From an uncultured Gemmatimonadales bacterium (lineage in GTDB: Bacteria; Gemmatimonadota; Gemmatimonadetes; Gemmatimonadales; GWC2-71-9), in the NCBI GenBank assembly GCA_963795085.1, contig CAWCFX010000001.1, positions 992,001-1,056,000 on the forward strand: a DNA stretch of 64,000 nt. The letters are read 5' to 3'. Position 1 is the stretch's first letter, and every line of letters begins with the position of its first letter. Below are positions 18,674-30,600 of this stretch, piece after piece. The translations under genes were made by a program, and so were the position numbers. Below the pieces are notes generated by a model. The model had not been told where the DNA came from. It saw nothing but the letters and a program-made list of their open reading frames with translations, and did no database searches.

Positions 18674-19346
18674 TCGCTGGCTGGCCATTGAGACCAGCGG
18701 CGACCAGGCCAGTGTGGCCATTGAGCGGCCCGGCGGCGAGGTCATCGAAGAGATCATCACCGGCTCCCGCCAGCACGCGAAGGAACTGGTCCCCGCCATC
18801 GGACGGGTGCTGGAGCGGGCCTCGTTCCGGCCCGGCGACCTCCACGGCCTCGTGGTCAGTGAGGGCCCCGGCAGTTTTACCGGCATCCGGATTGGCGCCA
18901 CGGTCGCCAAGGGGCTGGCCCATCTGCAGGGCCGGCCCCTGCGCACCGCGTCTGCCCTGGCGGTCATGGCCCGGGGTGCCTGGCGGGAATCGGCCGTTCT
19001 CGAGAGTGCGGGCTGCGAGCTCGCCGTGCTGGCGACGACCGATGCGCTGCGCGGAGAGTTCTACGCCGCCCTCTATCACATTGGGCCCCGAGGCGTGAGG
19101 ACCATCCGGGAGCCCGCGGTGCTGTCCCCCGAGGCCCTCGCCGGGTGGCCGGCGGCCGACCTCCGGGCCCTGCATCCACCCCTCGCCTCCACGCTGCTCG
19201 ATCTCCTGGAGGTGGAAGGGGGTACCGTTCTGGTTGACGCCCTGGAGACCTGGGAGCCGGTGTATGGCCGCCCCGCCGAGGCCCAGGCCAAGTGGGAGGC
19301 CGCTCATGGGCGCCGGCTACCGGATTCGCCCAGCACTGCTCGCTGA
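18666..19346 (+). CDS. tsaB: t6A biosynthesis protein TsaB
   Basis: LAIETS, GPGSFTGIRIG, DALRGEFY, EPVYGR. Confidence 0.93.
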   Translation: MPDRWLAIETSGDQASVAIERPGGEVIEEIITGSRQHAKELVPAIGRVLERASFRPGDLHGLVVSEGPGSFTGIRIGATVAKGLAHLQGRPLRTASALAVMARGAWRESAVLESAGCELAVLATTDALRGEFYAALYHIGPRGVRTIREPAVLSPEALAGWPAADLRALHPPLASTLLDLLEVEGGTVLVDALETWEPVYGRPAEAQAKWEAAHGRRLPDSPSTAR

Positions 19347-19773
19347 CGTTCCCGGTCTTGCGGAGCTGGAGCCGCGGTGCTTCAGCGACCCGTGGTCGGC
19401 AACCGGGTTCCGGGAGATGCTGGAAGCGCCCCATATTTTGGCCCTGGTTACCGAGGGGCCCGGACGCAAGCTCGCCGGCTACCTGGTCGCCCGGGTTATA
19501 GAAGGGGAAGGTGAGATTCTCAACCTCGCCGTGGATCCTGCCCGCCGGCGCCGGGGGTTGGGCTCCGAGCTGCTGGAGGCGGGGCTGAGCCTGATCAAGG
19601 CCCGGGGCGGGGAGGCCATTTTCCTCGAGGTTCGGGTCTCCAACCAGGCCGCCATTAACCTGTACCTGGCGAAAGGGTTCCGTCCCATCGGCCAGCGGCG
19701 GGGCTATTATCGGCGGCCGGTGGAGGACGCCATGGTCCTCCGGTGGCAGGCCGGCCGCCCTGTCGCCCCTTAG
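19306..19773 (+). CDS. rimI: RimI-type N-acetyltransferase
   Basis: FSDPWS, ILNLAVDPARRRRGLG, LEVRVSNQAAINLY, RRGYY..PVEDAMV. Confidence 0.9.
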   Translation: MGAGYRIRPALLADVPGLAELEPRCFSDPWSATGFREMLEAPHILALVTEGPGRKLAGYLVARVIEGEGEILNLAVDPARRRRGLGSELLEAGLSLIKARGGEAIFLEVRVSNQAAINLYLAKGFRPIGQRRGYYRRPVEDAMVLRWQAGRPVAP

Positions 19774-19892
19774 AGAAGTGCTCGCGCTTTTTTGTACCAC
19801 TCGCAGTATCTTTTGGCATCCCACTCGGAGGGACCCGGTGCTACGTTAGCTCACCGTCGTGTCCCATACTCTGCACACCGCAGGAGGTCGTC

Positions 19893-20369
19893 GTGAGTCG
19901 AAGCCTGAACAAAGTCACCCTGATCGGAAACCTGGGCGCCGATCCCGAAATCCGCAGTACGTCCAATGGGTCCCGCGTGGCGACCCTCTCGCTGGCCACC
20001 GGCCGCCAGTGGAAAAACCAGAGCGGGGAGAAACAGGAGAAGACCGAGTGGCACCGCGTCATCTTCTGGAGCAGCAAGTTCAACAACGTGGTCGACACCA
20101 TCGAGAAGTATGTCAAGAAGGGTGACAAGCTCTACATCGAGGGTCGGATCGAATATCGCTCCTGGCAGGATCGCGAGGGACAGACCCGGTACACCACCGA
20201 GATCATCGGCAACGAGCTGCTGATGCTGTCCGGCCGGGGCCAGGCGGGCGAGGGCGAGTCCTACAGCCCGGCCAAGGTCGGGGCCGCGGCCGCGGCGCCC
20301 AAGAAGGACGAGAACTTCGACGACTTCCCGGAAGCCCTGGACGCCGAGGACGACGACCTGCCGTTCTGA
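19893..20369 (+). CDS. ssb: Single-stranded DNA-binding protein
   Basis: AGGAGG RBS + GTG; LNKVTLIGNLGADPE, TEWHRV, C-terminal DDDLPF. Confidence 0.97.
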   Translation: MSRSLNKVTLIGNLGADPEIRSTSNGSRVATLSLATGRQWKNQSGEKQEKTEWHRVIFWSSKFNNVVDTIEKYVKKGDKLYIEGRIEYRSWQDREGQTRYTTEIIGNELLMLSGRGQAGEGESYSPAKVGAAAAAPKKDENFDDFPEALDAEDDDLPF

Positions 20370-20521
20370 AATTGAAGGAATGGGGGAAATGTGGGAATTG
20401 AGGGAATGTGGGAATTGGGGAATTGAGGGAATTGAAGGAATGTGGGAATTGGATTCAATTCCTTCAATTCCCACATTCCTTCAATTCCCTCAATTTTCTC
20501 ATTCCCTCAATTCCCTCAATT
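20370..20521. repeat. Inverted array of 8-9 bp tandem units (AATTGAGGG/AATGTGGG then complement)
   Basis: Purine-rich arm 20370-20451, pyrimidine-rich arm 20454-20521; perfect 31-bp inverted match 20421-20451 / 20465-20495. Confidence 0.9.
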
Positions 20522-20649
20522 ATTTTGCCTCTCCTCCCGCGATCCGCGTAGCTCCGTCCCCGCATCGAGCGTTCCCAGCCGGCCAGCCGAGCCCCTTAAG
20601 TGGCGTTCCCGCACCCCTTTGCGAGATACTACTTGAGGTGGGTCTTGTA

Positions 20650-20665
20650 TGGCGTTGATTTTGCT
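20650..20665 (+). promoter_or_regulatory. sigma54-type -24/-12 promoter upstream of LysM gene
   Basis: TGGCGT-TGATT-TTGCT versus TGGCAC-N5-TTGCW. Confidence 0.6.
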
Positions 20666-20744
20666 AGGGTTATATATTATCGCGGTCTTCGTTCATCCCG
20701 AATCCCAGTGGTCCGTTCCATCAGACTCGCTTGGAGATAACTCC

Positions 20745-21950
20745 ATGCCTCGCAGGATCTTCGGTCAACCGGTCGGCGCCCGTCTTCGCGCCATATCCCT
20801 GGGGCTGGCGGTTTCCGCCCTTCCCGCCCTGCTTGCTGCGCAGGTATCGGCGCCGCAAACCCATACCGTGCGTCGGGGGGATACCCTCTGGGGCATTGCC
20901 GGGCAGTACCTTGGCGATCCGGTGCTCTGGCCGGAGATCTATCGGCTGAACACCGCCGTGGTCGAGGACCCCCATTGGATCTATCCGGGTGAGGAGCTCC
21001 AGTTGGTGGCCGGGGCGGCGCCCCGGCCCGCCGTGCCGACGGAGGATACGCCAGCGCCGGGAGTCGTCATCACGGTACCTCCCGCCCACCAGGCCGACAC
21101 GGTCATGGTGCTGGTGCAGGCGCCGGACAGCGGCATCTCCGGCGTCCTTACGGTCGCCGCCGATACCGCCCCGACCGACATGTCGCCCCTGTTCGGGACC
21201 AGCGCCCGCCGGCGGGACATGGATGCGACCCTGCTCGCCTACAGCCAGCAGCCCTACCGGCCGCTCCGACGCAGCGAGTTCCATTCGTCAGGCTTCCTCA
21301 GCGAGGGACAGGACCTGCCGTTCGGCAAGTTCCAGGGGCCGGTCTCACCGACCCAGATCGCCACCATGACCAGTAATGCCTCCAACGCGCTCTACTCCAA
21401 GGTGGCCGTGATGCCGCCGGCCGGGGGCGCGTACCAGGTCGGCGACAGCCTGCTGGTCGTTCGCATCGACCGGCGGACGGCGGATTACGGGGACGTGGTA
21501 GTCCCGGTGGGGATGCTCCGGATTACCGACGTGAGCCGGGCCGAGAACACCGCGGAAGTCATTGCGATCTACGGACCGATGCGGGCCGGCCATCACACCC
21601 TGCCGGTGGAGCACTTCCCCGACCCGGGCGAGGTGCGTCCGGTGCCAATTTCCGATGGCGTCGAGGGAGCCATCATCGAAAGCCGCGACCTCCAGGTGCT
21701 GAAAGGCCCCCAGGACGTGGTCTTCATCAACAAGGGGCGGAGCGACGGCGTCGCCGTGGGTGACCTGTTCGAGATTCGGCGGCTGCCCGAGGAGCGGCCC
21801 GAAGGCGCTATGACGGTGCCCGAAACCATGGGCGTGCTGCAGGTCGTGCACGTGCGGGACCGGACGGCGACAACCCGCGTGCTCACCATTTCGGCCCCCT
21901 ACGTGACGCCGGGGACCGCAGTCCGCCAGGTCGCCAAACTTCCTTCCTGA
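20745..21950 (+). CDS. Exported LysM-domain protein (TsaP-like architecture)
   Basis: Signal peptide; HTVRRGDTLWGIA..YL....WPEIY..N...EDPHWIYPG; C-terminal DVVFINKGRSDGVAVGD. Confidence 0.85.
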   Translation: MPRRIFGQPVGARLRAISLGLAVSALPALLAAQVSAPQTHTVRRGDTLWGIAGQYLGDPVLWPEIYRLNTAVVEDPHWIYPGEELQLVAGAAPRPAVPTEDTPAPGVVITVPPAHQADTVMVLVQAPDSGISGVLTVAADTAPTDMSPLFGTSARRRDMDATLLAYSQQPYRPLRRSEFHSSGFLSEGQDLPFGKFQGPVSPTQIATMTSNASNALYSKVAVMPPAGGAYQVGDSLLVVRIDRRTADYGDVVVPVGMLRITDVSRAENTAEVIAIYGPMRAGHHTLPVEHFPDPGEVRPVPISDGVEGAIIESRDLQVLKGPQDVVFINKGRSDGVAVGDLFEIRRLPEERPEGAMTVPETMGVLQVVHVRDRTATTRVLTISAPYVTPGTAVRQVAKLPS

Positions 21951-21969
21951 CCGGCGGCCGGTCCGCCCG

Positions 21970-22003
21970 AAAAGGTGCCCGCCTGGCGGGCACCTTTTGT
22001 TTT
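21970..22003. terminator. Intrinsic (probably bidirectional) terminator
   Basis: AAAAGGTGCCCGCC-T-GGCGGGCACCTTTTGTTTT. Confidence 0.85.
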
Positions 22004-22132
22004 GGGTCCCTCCATTCCGCCCAGTTCACCCTGCCGAAGTTCATTGGTCACATGGCCTTTCGCCGCAGGGCCGTATTATCCTTCGTCGGAATTCTGGGTG
22101 GCGGCGATCAAACGAACGCACAAGGGGTGGCT

Positions 22133-23079
<947 letters not shown>

Positions 23080-23083
<4 letters not shown>

Positions 23084-23790
23084 TGCTGCAGGTGGGCGGC
23101 GCCATTCCCTCGTCTTCGCTGGAGCTGGTACTCTCCTCCAGTGTGGAGACCAAGGTCGTGCTTGCGGTGATCGCGATCTTCTCGCTCACGGCCTGGTTCA
23201 TCATCGCCTACAAGTGGTGGCAGTTTCGCCGGGTTCGCCGCCAGGCCGACCGTTTTTTCAGCGAGATGGAGCGCGCCACCCGGCTGGAGGAGGCCTATCA
23301 CACTGTGATGCGGCTGCCGCCCTCGCCGTACAACCGGATTTTCCGGGAGGCGATGGCCTTCGTGTCCGATCTCCGGCCCCGGGGCCCCGAGGGGGGATTG
23401 GTCACCCACGGCTCAATGACGGGCACCCAGCTCGAGGCGTTCAAGATGGTGCTCGCCAAGGATATCGCCGCCGAGCGGGATGCGATGGCGCACTTTATTC
23501 CGTGGCTCGCGACCGTGGGATCGGTGGGCCCCCTGCTGGGCCTGCTGGGGACCGTGCTGGGCGTGATGGATGCCTTCATCGGCATCGCCAGCAAGGGCTC
23601 CGGCAACATCGCCGCGGTCGCCCCGGGCGTGGCCGAAGCGCTGGTGACCACGGTGGCCGGACTCGCCGCGGCTATCCCGGCGGTGATCGCCTATAACATC
23701 TTCGTCAATCGCCTCAATGTCTTCGAGGGCGAAATGGACGGCTTCGCCAACGAACTGATCGGGACCATGGCCCGGGAGGGGGTCCTCTAG
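23080..23790 (+). CDS. tolQ: TolQ (MotA/TolQ/ExbB family)
   Basis: PLLGLLGTVLG, VAPGVAEALVTTVAGLAAAIPAVIAYN; in tol-pal operon. Confidence 0.9.
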
Positions 23791-23792
23791 CG

Positions 23793-24224
23793 ATGGCCGG
23801 CCCCACCGGCGCCGGGCTCCGCCGCCGCGGGCGGATTCCGCTCACGGCCGATATCAACGTCACCTCGCTGGTCGACGTCGCCTTCGTGCTGCTCATCATT
23901 TTCATGATCACTGCCCCCATGATGCAGGGCGGGGTGGACGTGCAGCTGCCCCGCGCCGAGGCCCGTCCGCTCAGCGCCAAGGAAGGGATGGTGGTGTCGG
24001 TGGACCGCGAGGGCCGCATTTTCATCGACCAGACCGAGGTGAGCTACAACGACTTCCGGCTCACCTTCAAGTCCATCGTCTCGGCCCGGAACCCCACCGG
24101 CGTGTACCTCCGCGCCGACAGCCGGGTACCCTATGGCGAGGTGGTGCGGGTGCTCGCCGTGATCCGCACCGCGGGGGTGAGCGACGTGGGCCTGGTGGCC
24201 GAGGACGAGCGGGGCGGGCCCTAG
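23793..24224 (+). CDS. tolR: TolR (ExbD/TolR family)
   Basis: INVTSLVDVAFVLLIIFMITAP, RADSRVPYG. Confidence 0.9.
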   Translation: MAGPTGAGLRRRGRIPLTADINVTSLVDVAFVLLIIFMITAPMMQGGVDVQLPRAEARPLSAKEGMVVSVDREGRIFIDQTEVSYNDFRLTFKSIVSARNPTGVYLRADSRVPYGEVVRVLAVIRTAGVSDVGLVAEDERGGP

Positions 24225-24232
24225 CGGGCGCC

Positions 24233-24922
24233 ATGGCGATCCGGGTCCGGGCTCACGCCAGGGGGAACGCGACGGTCGGCATCGCGGGGACGCTCCTCGT
24301 GCACGCGACCGCCGTGGGCCTCCTGGTCTTTGCCGTGAAGGCGCCCAAGGAGTTCCCGCCGGTGTACTCGGTGAACCTGGTCGCCGCGCCGGCGCCCCGG
24401 GAGGACAGCCGGCCCGCCCCGGAGGCGGTTGCCCGGCCGGTGGAAGAGCCGCCCGCGCCGTCGGTGCCGGTCGCCGAACCCGCCAGGACCGTGCCCAAGC
24501 CGGTCCCGACCCGGCCGCAGCCGGCCCAGCCGAAAGAACCGGCGCCGCGGACCCGGAGTCCCGAGCGCCCCGCACCGGGGGAGACGCCGGGCACCGGCAG
24601 CGACGCTGTGACGGTCAAGACACCGGGGCTGACTTTCCCGTACCCCGGTTATCTTGAGAACATCTACAACCAGATCTACCGCCGCTGGGAACGCCCGGTC
24701 AGTTCCAGTCTCAGCGCAGAAGTCACTTTTCTGATAATGCGGGATGGTTCGGTGCGGGATCTCCGGTTCTCCCGGTCTTCGGGGAACTTTTCATTCGACC
24801 TGAGCGCCCAGGGAGCAGTCGAGGCCGCCGGCAATACCAAGGCGTTCGGCTCGCTCCCCGATGGCTTCGAGGCAGACGTGCTATTGGTCAGTTTTTATTT
24901 TGCTCCGGCGGCTTCCCGATGA
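24233..24922 (+). CDS. TolA/TonB-family energy transducer
   Basis: TM with His (TLLVHA), Pro-rich linker, C-terminal SSGNFSFDLSAQGAV. Confidence 0.75.
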   Translation: MAIRVRAHARGNATVGIAGTLLVHATAVGLLVFAVKAPKEFPPVYSVNLVAAPAPREDSRPAPEAVARPVEEPPAPSVPVAEPARTVPKPVPTRPQPAQPKEPAPRTRSPERPAPGETPGTGSDAVTVKTPGLTFPYPGYLENIYNQIYRRWERPVSSSLSAEVTFLIMRDGSVRDLRFSRSSGNFSFDLSAQGAVEAAGNTKAFGSLPDGFEADVLLVSFYFAPAASR

Positions 24923-26211
24923 GAACCATCGCGATCACCGCCCTCCTGGGTCTCCTGGCTGCGCCGCTTCTCGCGCAGGATACGCTCGGCGTTCGCCTGG
25001 GAATTACCTACGGCAGGGGAAGCCGGCCCGGACTGGTCATCCTCCCTTCCGCCGGGGTGGACTCGGTGCGGGCCATTCTGGCCCGCGATCTCGACTACAG
25101 CGACCGGTTTGAAGTCGTCGCCATTCCCGCGTCGGAAGTCGCCCGGGGCGGCGGTGGCCGGGCCGGCACCGTCAACTACGGACTCTATCGTACGCTGGGC
25201 GCGGCCTATGGCCTCGAGGTGCTGGCCGGTACCGGGGGTGGCGGGGTCCGGGTGCGGCTGCACGATCTCCAGGCCGGCTCCGTTCGCCGTGAGGAGACTA
25301 CCAACCTGCCGCCCCCCGATTCGCCGGCCTTTCGGATGATGGTCCACCGGCTGGCCGACGAAATCGTCCGCTGGATCACCGGGCTGCCCGGCATCGCGGC
25401 GACCCAGTTCGTCTTCCTGGTGGACAAACAGGTGTACCGGATGGACAGCGACGGCTACAACATGACGGCCGTGACGGGCCGCGGCGAGGAGGCGCTCTCG
25501 CCCACCTGGTCGCCCGATGGAGCCCGGGTTGCCTACACGCAGTTCGACGAGGGCCGCGGCTCCATCGTGATTGAGGACCGGGGCGGCACCAAGCGCTCGG
25601 TGCCCGGGACCGGCCGGGACCTCAACATCACCCCGGCGTTTTCGCCCGACGGGCAGTGGCTCGCCTATGCGCGGGTGGGCGAGGACGGGACCGACATTTT
25701 CAAGGTGAGCCTGGCCGGTTCGGGCGGGCCGCAACGCTTGACCGCCGGTCGCTTCGCGGATAACCTATCTCCGACCTGGTCGCCAGACGGGCGGCGGATC
25801 GGCTTCGTGTCCACCCGCTCCGGGCTGCCACAGGTGTATGTTATGGGGGCCGACGGGACGGACCAGGAGCTGCTCGCCCCGTTTGACTACGGTGTCACCG
25901 GGAGTTCCAACGCTCCGGAGTGGTCGCCGGACGGAGCCAGCCTGGTGTTTCACCGCGATGTCTCCCGTTCGCCCCAGGTTTTTGTGCTCGATATCAACAG
26001 CCGGCGGGTTCGCCAGTTGACCTCGTCCGGCCGCAATGAAGACCCGACGTGGGCCCCTGACGGGCGGCACGTGGCTTTCATCTCGGACCGAAGCGGCCGC
26101 CGCCAGCTGTGGGTCATCGACATGGAATCAGGCCGGGTGCGCCAATTGCGCACGTCGGCATCGGTGCGGTTGCCCTCGTGGTCCCGTCACCTGGACGGAC
26201 CCGTTCAATAA
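24919..26211 (+). CDS. tolB: TolB beta-propeller
   Basis: Repeated PxWSPDG (PD40) motifs; directly before pal. Confidence 0.9.
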   Translation: MRTIAITALLGLLAAPLLAQDTLGVRLGITYGRGSRPGLVILPSAGVDSVRAILARDLDYSDRFEVVAIPASEVARGGGGRAGTVNYGLYRTLGAAYGLEVLAGTGGGGVRVRLHDLQAGSVRREETTNLPPPDSPAFRMMVHRLADEIVRWITGLPGIAATQFVFLVDKQVYRMDSDGYNMTAVTGRGEEALSPTWSPDGARVAYTQFDEGRGSIVIEDRGGTKRSVPGTGRDLNITPAFSPDGQWLAYARVGEDGTDIFKVSLAGSGGPQRLTAGRFADNLSPTWSPDGRRIGFVSTRSGLPQVYVMGADGTDQELLAPFDYGVTGSSNAPEWSPDGASLVFHRDVSRSPQVFVLDINSRRVRQLTSSGRNEDPTWAPDGRHVAFISDRSGRRQLWVIDMESGRVRQLRTSASVRLPSWSRHLDGPVQ

Positions 26212-26231
26212 CCTTTTTATCAGGAGTTCCG

Positions 26232-26849
26232 ATGCGCTTTCCTTTGATGTTGGTTACGCTGGTGGTGGCCGGAGTTGTCGGCGCCGCGTGCGGTGGCAGC
26301 CAGCCGCCGGAGACCTCGACTACGCCCGCGGTAGATACCGCCGCTGCAAACGCCCGGGCCCGCGCCCGCCAGGACTCCATCGATGCGGCCAACCGCGCCC
26401 GCGCCGAAGCCGACCGTCTGGCCCGTGAAGAGGCCGAGCGCCGCGCCGCCGCCGATCGCGCCGCCCGCGACCGGCAGGCCCTGATGACCGACATGGCTGC
26501 GATGGTGCACTTCGACTATGACCGTGCCGACATTCGCTCGGACGACATGGCCAAACTTGACCGCAAGGCCGCCATCCTCAGCGCCAACACCGGTGCCCGG
26601 ATCCGGATCTCCGGCCACGCCGACGATCGCGGCTCCGATGAGTACAACCTGGCGCTGGGCAACCGCCGGGCCGCCGCCGCCAAGCGTTACCTGGTGAGCA
26701 AGGGCATCGCCGACGGCCGGATCGACATCGTGTCCTATGGCGAAGAGCGTCCCACGGCCCAGGGCACCGACGAGGCCAGCTACCAGCAGAACCGGCGGGC
26801 CGAGTTCGAGATCGTGGCGGGCGGCGATAACCTCATGGCGCCGAGATAA
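26232..26849 (+). CDS. pal: Peptidoglycan-associated lipoprotein Pal
   Basis: Lipobox AAC; HFDYD, GHADDRGSDEYNLALGNRRA, SYGEERP, NRRAEF. Confidence 0.95.
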   Translation: MRFPLMLVTLVVAGVVGAACGGSQPPETSTTPAVDTAAANARARARQDSIDAANRARAEADRLAREEAERRAAADRAARDRQALMTDMAAMVHFDYDRADIRSDDMAKLDRKAAILSANTGARIRISGHADDRGSDEYNLALGNRRAAAAKRYLVSKGIADGRIDIVSYGEERPTAQGTDEASYQQNRRAEFEIVAGGDNLMAPR

Positions 26850-27680
26850 GTGGCCGCAATCAGGCGCAGTTCCCGAACCAACAGCAAGGCGCACCACGGT
26901 GCGCCCTTGCTGGCGCTCGGCCTCCTGGTGGTCCTGGGGGGATGTGCCCTCAAGGGCGACGTCAAGCGGGTCGAGACAGAGCTGGCGGCGTTCCGCATGG
27001 AATCCGCGGTCCAGGATTCCATTCGGGCGGCCCGGCTCAACGAAATGCTCGAATTGCAGCAGCGCCTCATGGACTCGCTGGGCTCCAGCATCGTTTCCAC
27101 CGAGCGCGCCGTCCTGGCGATCCGCGGTTCCCTGAGCCAGGACATGTACCGCATCCAGCAGCAGCTGGTGCAGGTCCAGGAGCTGACCGGGCAGAGCCAG
27201 CAGCGGCTGAGCGAGTTACGTTCCCAGCTGGAAACCCGCAGCCAGCAGGCCGCAGCGGCCCCGTCCGATTCCGCCGCCGCCCCGGTGCAGGGCTCGGGTG
27301 GCGGCCCCTCGGCCGACCAGATGTACGAGGCGTCGCTGCAGCAGCTGCGGCGGGGCAGCGTAGCCACGGCGCGAATGGGTTTCCGGCAACTGGTCCAGAG
27401 CCACCCGCAAAGCTCCCGGGTGGCTGACGCACTCTATTTTATCGGGGAGAGCTGGGCCGGCGAGTCTCCCGACTCGGCCGCGCGGTATTACGAGCAGGTG
27501 GTGACGACTTACCCCACATCTACCCGGGCCCCCGGTTCACTGTACAAGCTGGGGCTCCTGGCGGAGCGCCGCCGCGATATCGCCGCCGCCCGGGCCTACT
27601 TCACCCGGGTTGCCCGGGATTATCCACGGTCCGAAGAAGCCGCCCTGGTCCCTGACAAGCTGAAGGCGCTCGGGCAGTAA
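26850..27680 (+). CDS. cpoB: CpoB/YbgF tol-pal coiled-coil TPR protein (start uncertain)
   Basis: Lipobox-like LGGC, coiled coil, TPRs (DALYFIGE, SLYKLG, YPRSEEA). Confidence 0.85.
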   Translation: MAAIRRSSRTNSKAHHGAPLLALGLLVVLGGCALKGDVKRVETELAAFRMESAVQDSIRAARLNEMLELQQRLMDSLGSSIVSTERAVLAIRGSLSQDMYRIQQQLVQVQELTGQSQQRLSELRSQLETRSQQAAAAPSDSAAAPVQGSGGGPSADQMYEASLQQLRRGSVATARMGFRQLVQSHPQSSRVADALYFIGESWAGESPDSAARYYEQVVTTYPTSTRAPGSLYKLGLLAERRRDIAAARAYFTRVARDYPRSEEAALVPDKLKALGQ

Positions 27681-27698
27681 ACCCGGGCGATCCACCGC

Positions 27699-30600
27699 AT
27701 GGCCCGCGCCAATGGAGAGATGCCGTTCCTCGATCATCTCGAGGAACTGCGGATGCGGATTCTCAAGTCCGCCGGCGCGCTGGTGCTCGGCATGGCCGTT
27801 GGCCTCTTCGTGGTGGAGCGGTTTCAGCTGATCGTCCTGCTGAAACGCCCCATCGAGCCCTACCTGCCCGCCGGGGGCAAGCTGATCGTGACCGGCCCGA
27901 CCGAGCCGGTCATGATCGTCCTCAAGCTCGGATTCACCGTCGGGCTGGTTCTCGCCTCCCCGGTGCTCATCTACCAGCTGTGGGCCTTCCTTTCTCCGGC
28001 CCTCTACGCCCGGGAAAAGAAAGCCCTGGTCCCCGGGCTGCTGATCGGCCTCCTGCTGTTCATGGCGGGCGGGGCGCTGGGCTTCCTGTATATCGTGCCC
28101 CAGGCTCTCCGGGTGCTCTTCAGCTTCCAGTCGGAAGCGCTGGCCCCGTTCATCACCTACGACAAGTATTTCAGCTTCCTGCTCCAGGTGGTGCTGGCGA
28201 TGGGGATCTCGTTCGAGCTCCCCCTGGTCATCATCCTGCTGTCGATTTTCGGGTTGCTCACGCCGGCCGCGCTGCACCGGTTCCGCCGCTTCGCGATCGT
28301 GCTCGCCTGCATCGCAGGCGCGGTGCTTTCGCCCGGAGCAGACGTCATTTCCATGGTGATGATGACGGTCCCCCTGATCTTTCTGTACGAGGTGGGCGTC
28401 GCCGGGTCTTCAATCGTGTACCGGCGCAAGAAGCGGCGGGAGGCGCGGGCGGCCTCGGCGGCCGCGCTGCTCTTTTTCCTCTTCGCCGGAGTGGGAGCGG
28501 TATCGGCCCAGGAGCCGGTGCGGCCCCGGCCCGATTCACTCCGCCCGGCGATCCCCCGGGACAGCCTGCTTCGGGCGCGCCCCGACACGGGTCGCCGCCC
28601 CCGGGCCGGGAGCCAGCTGGACACCGCGACGGCCGCGCGCCTGGGGCTGCCGACCGCGCCCACCCGGAGTTTTCCCGCCCCCGACTCCATCATGGAGGCC
28701 CTCCTGGCGCGGCCCGGATTCCAGGCAGTGCGCTATCGGGCCGACTCCGCGACCCTGTATGCCGAGGAGCGGCGGATCCAGCTGCGCCGGGACGCGCTGA
28801 CTCAGCGGGGGCAGTCGGTGATGGAAGCCGACAGCGCCATCACCTACGACGACTCCGAGTGCATGATGACCGCCGGCGGCAATCCCCGCCTGTTCGACGG
28901 CGGGTCGGTGGTGGTCTCGAAACACATCTCCTACAATCACTGCATCCGGCGGGCCGTCATCGCCGACGCGCTGACCAATTTCCAGGAGGGATCCACCACC
29001 TGGTTCCTCCGGGGCACCCTGGCCCAGGACTCCAGCTCCAGCCGGCTCTACGCGCATTCCGGAGAGATCACCAGCTGTGATCTGCCGAATCCCCACTATC
29101 ATTTCTCGGCCCGGCAGGTGAAATGGATCTCCAAGACCGTGCTGGTCGCCCGGCCCGCGGTGCTCTACGTGCGCGATGTCCCCATCCTGTGGCTTCCGTT
29201 CATTTTCCAGGATGCCCGGCCGGGGCGGCGGTCCGGCATCCTGGTGCCCCAGTTCGGGATCAACGACATCGTGCGTCCCAATGGAGGCTATAACCGGCAG
29301 GTGACCAACGTGGGCTACTACTGGGCGCCCAACGAGTACTTCGACCTGACCGCCCGGCTCGACTGGTACGCCAATCGCTACACCCAGTATGGCATCGCGG
29401 GTCAGTACCGGTGGCTGAACCGGTTCGTCACCGGCAACCTCGCGTACAACCGCACCTCGGAGAACACCGGGCAGCGCTCCACCAACGTCCGCTGGGACCA
29501 CCGGCAGAGCTTCAACCTCAACACCACGCTCAATTTCAACCTGAACTATGCCAGCAACTCCAGCGTTATCCGGCGCAACGCGATCGACCCGCTCCTGTCC
29601 ACCCAGAACATCACCAGCGCGCTCAACTTCACCCGCCGCTTCGGCTGGGGGTCGCTGACCCTGGGCGGCAACCGGCGGCAGAGCCTCACCGACCGGAGCG
29701 TGACCCAGCAGTTCCCCGCGCTCACCATCAACCCCAAGCCCCTGGATCTGTCCCGGAACCTCACCTGGTCTCCCTCGGTGAGCTTCACCCGGGACGAGAG
29801 CCGCAATACCCCGCGAGGTTTCTTCGTGGTCGCCAATGCGCTGGGCGGGCTGGACTCGGTGGCGGCCACCGAGGATACCCGGCTGACCGCGTTCAACCTG
29901 GACACGCCGCTCCGGTTCTGGGGGTTCAACTGGCGCAACTCCGTCCGGATGACCGACCGGCTGGTGCAGGGCCGTCAGGCGGTGACCTTCCGGGAGGAGA
30001 ACACGGCTACGCCGGAGCCGGGGGACTCGGTGAACGTGACCCGGGTGTTCAGCGGAGATTTCTCGACCGGGGTAGACTGGAATACCGGCATCAATCTGCC
30101 GACACTGGCCCGCTCCACCTTCAAGCTGCAACCCACGCTGGGCATCGACAATATCGTGACCGGGCAGCCCTTTCTCCTCCGCAACCGCAACACCGGCGGC
30201 GACTACGTGGTGCAGGGCAAGCGGTTCGCGCTGTCGATGAGCGCGGCACCCACCGTGTTTGGCTTTTATCCCGGCGTCGGGCCGCTGGCCCGGATCCGTC
30301 ACAGCCTGTCGCCGGTCTTCAACTGGACCTACCGGCCCGCCGCCGAGATCCCGGCCGAGTTCGCCCGGGCCATCCAGCAACCGGGCCGGCCCATCGAATT
30401 GCGCAGCGATCCCAACCAGACGGCCAGCATCAGCCTGTCCCAGTCCTTCGAAGCCAAGGCGCGGCAGGCCCCCGGCGATACGACCGATCCGCAGAATGTC
30501 CGGAAGTACCGGCTGTTGAGCATCTCGACCAGCCAGCTGGCCTACGATTTCGAGCAAGCCAAGAAACCGGGCCGTACCGGGTGGATCACCCCTAGCATTT

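Noticed and set aside
20370..20521. Possible CRISPR array, or the small ORFs 20380-20658 and 20261-20476
   Set aside because: Units are 8-9 bp with no unique spacers and no cas genes; the ORFs are translations of the repeat
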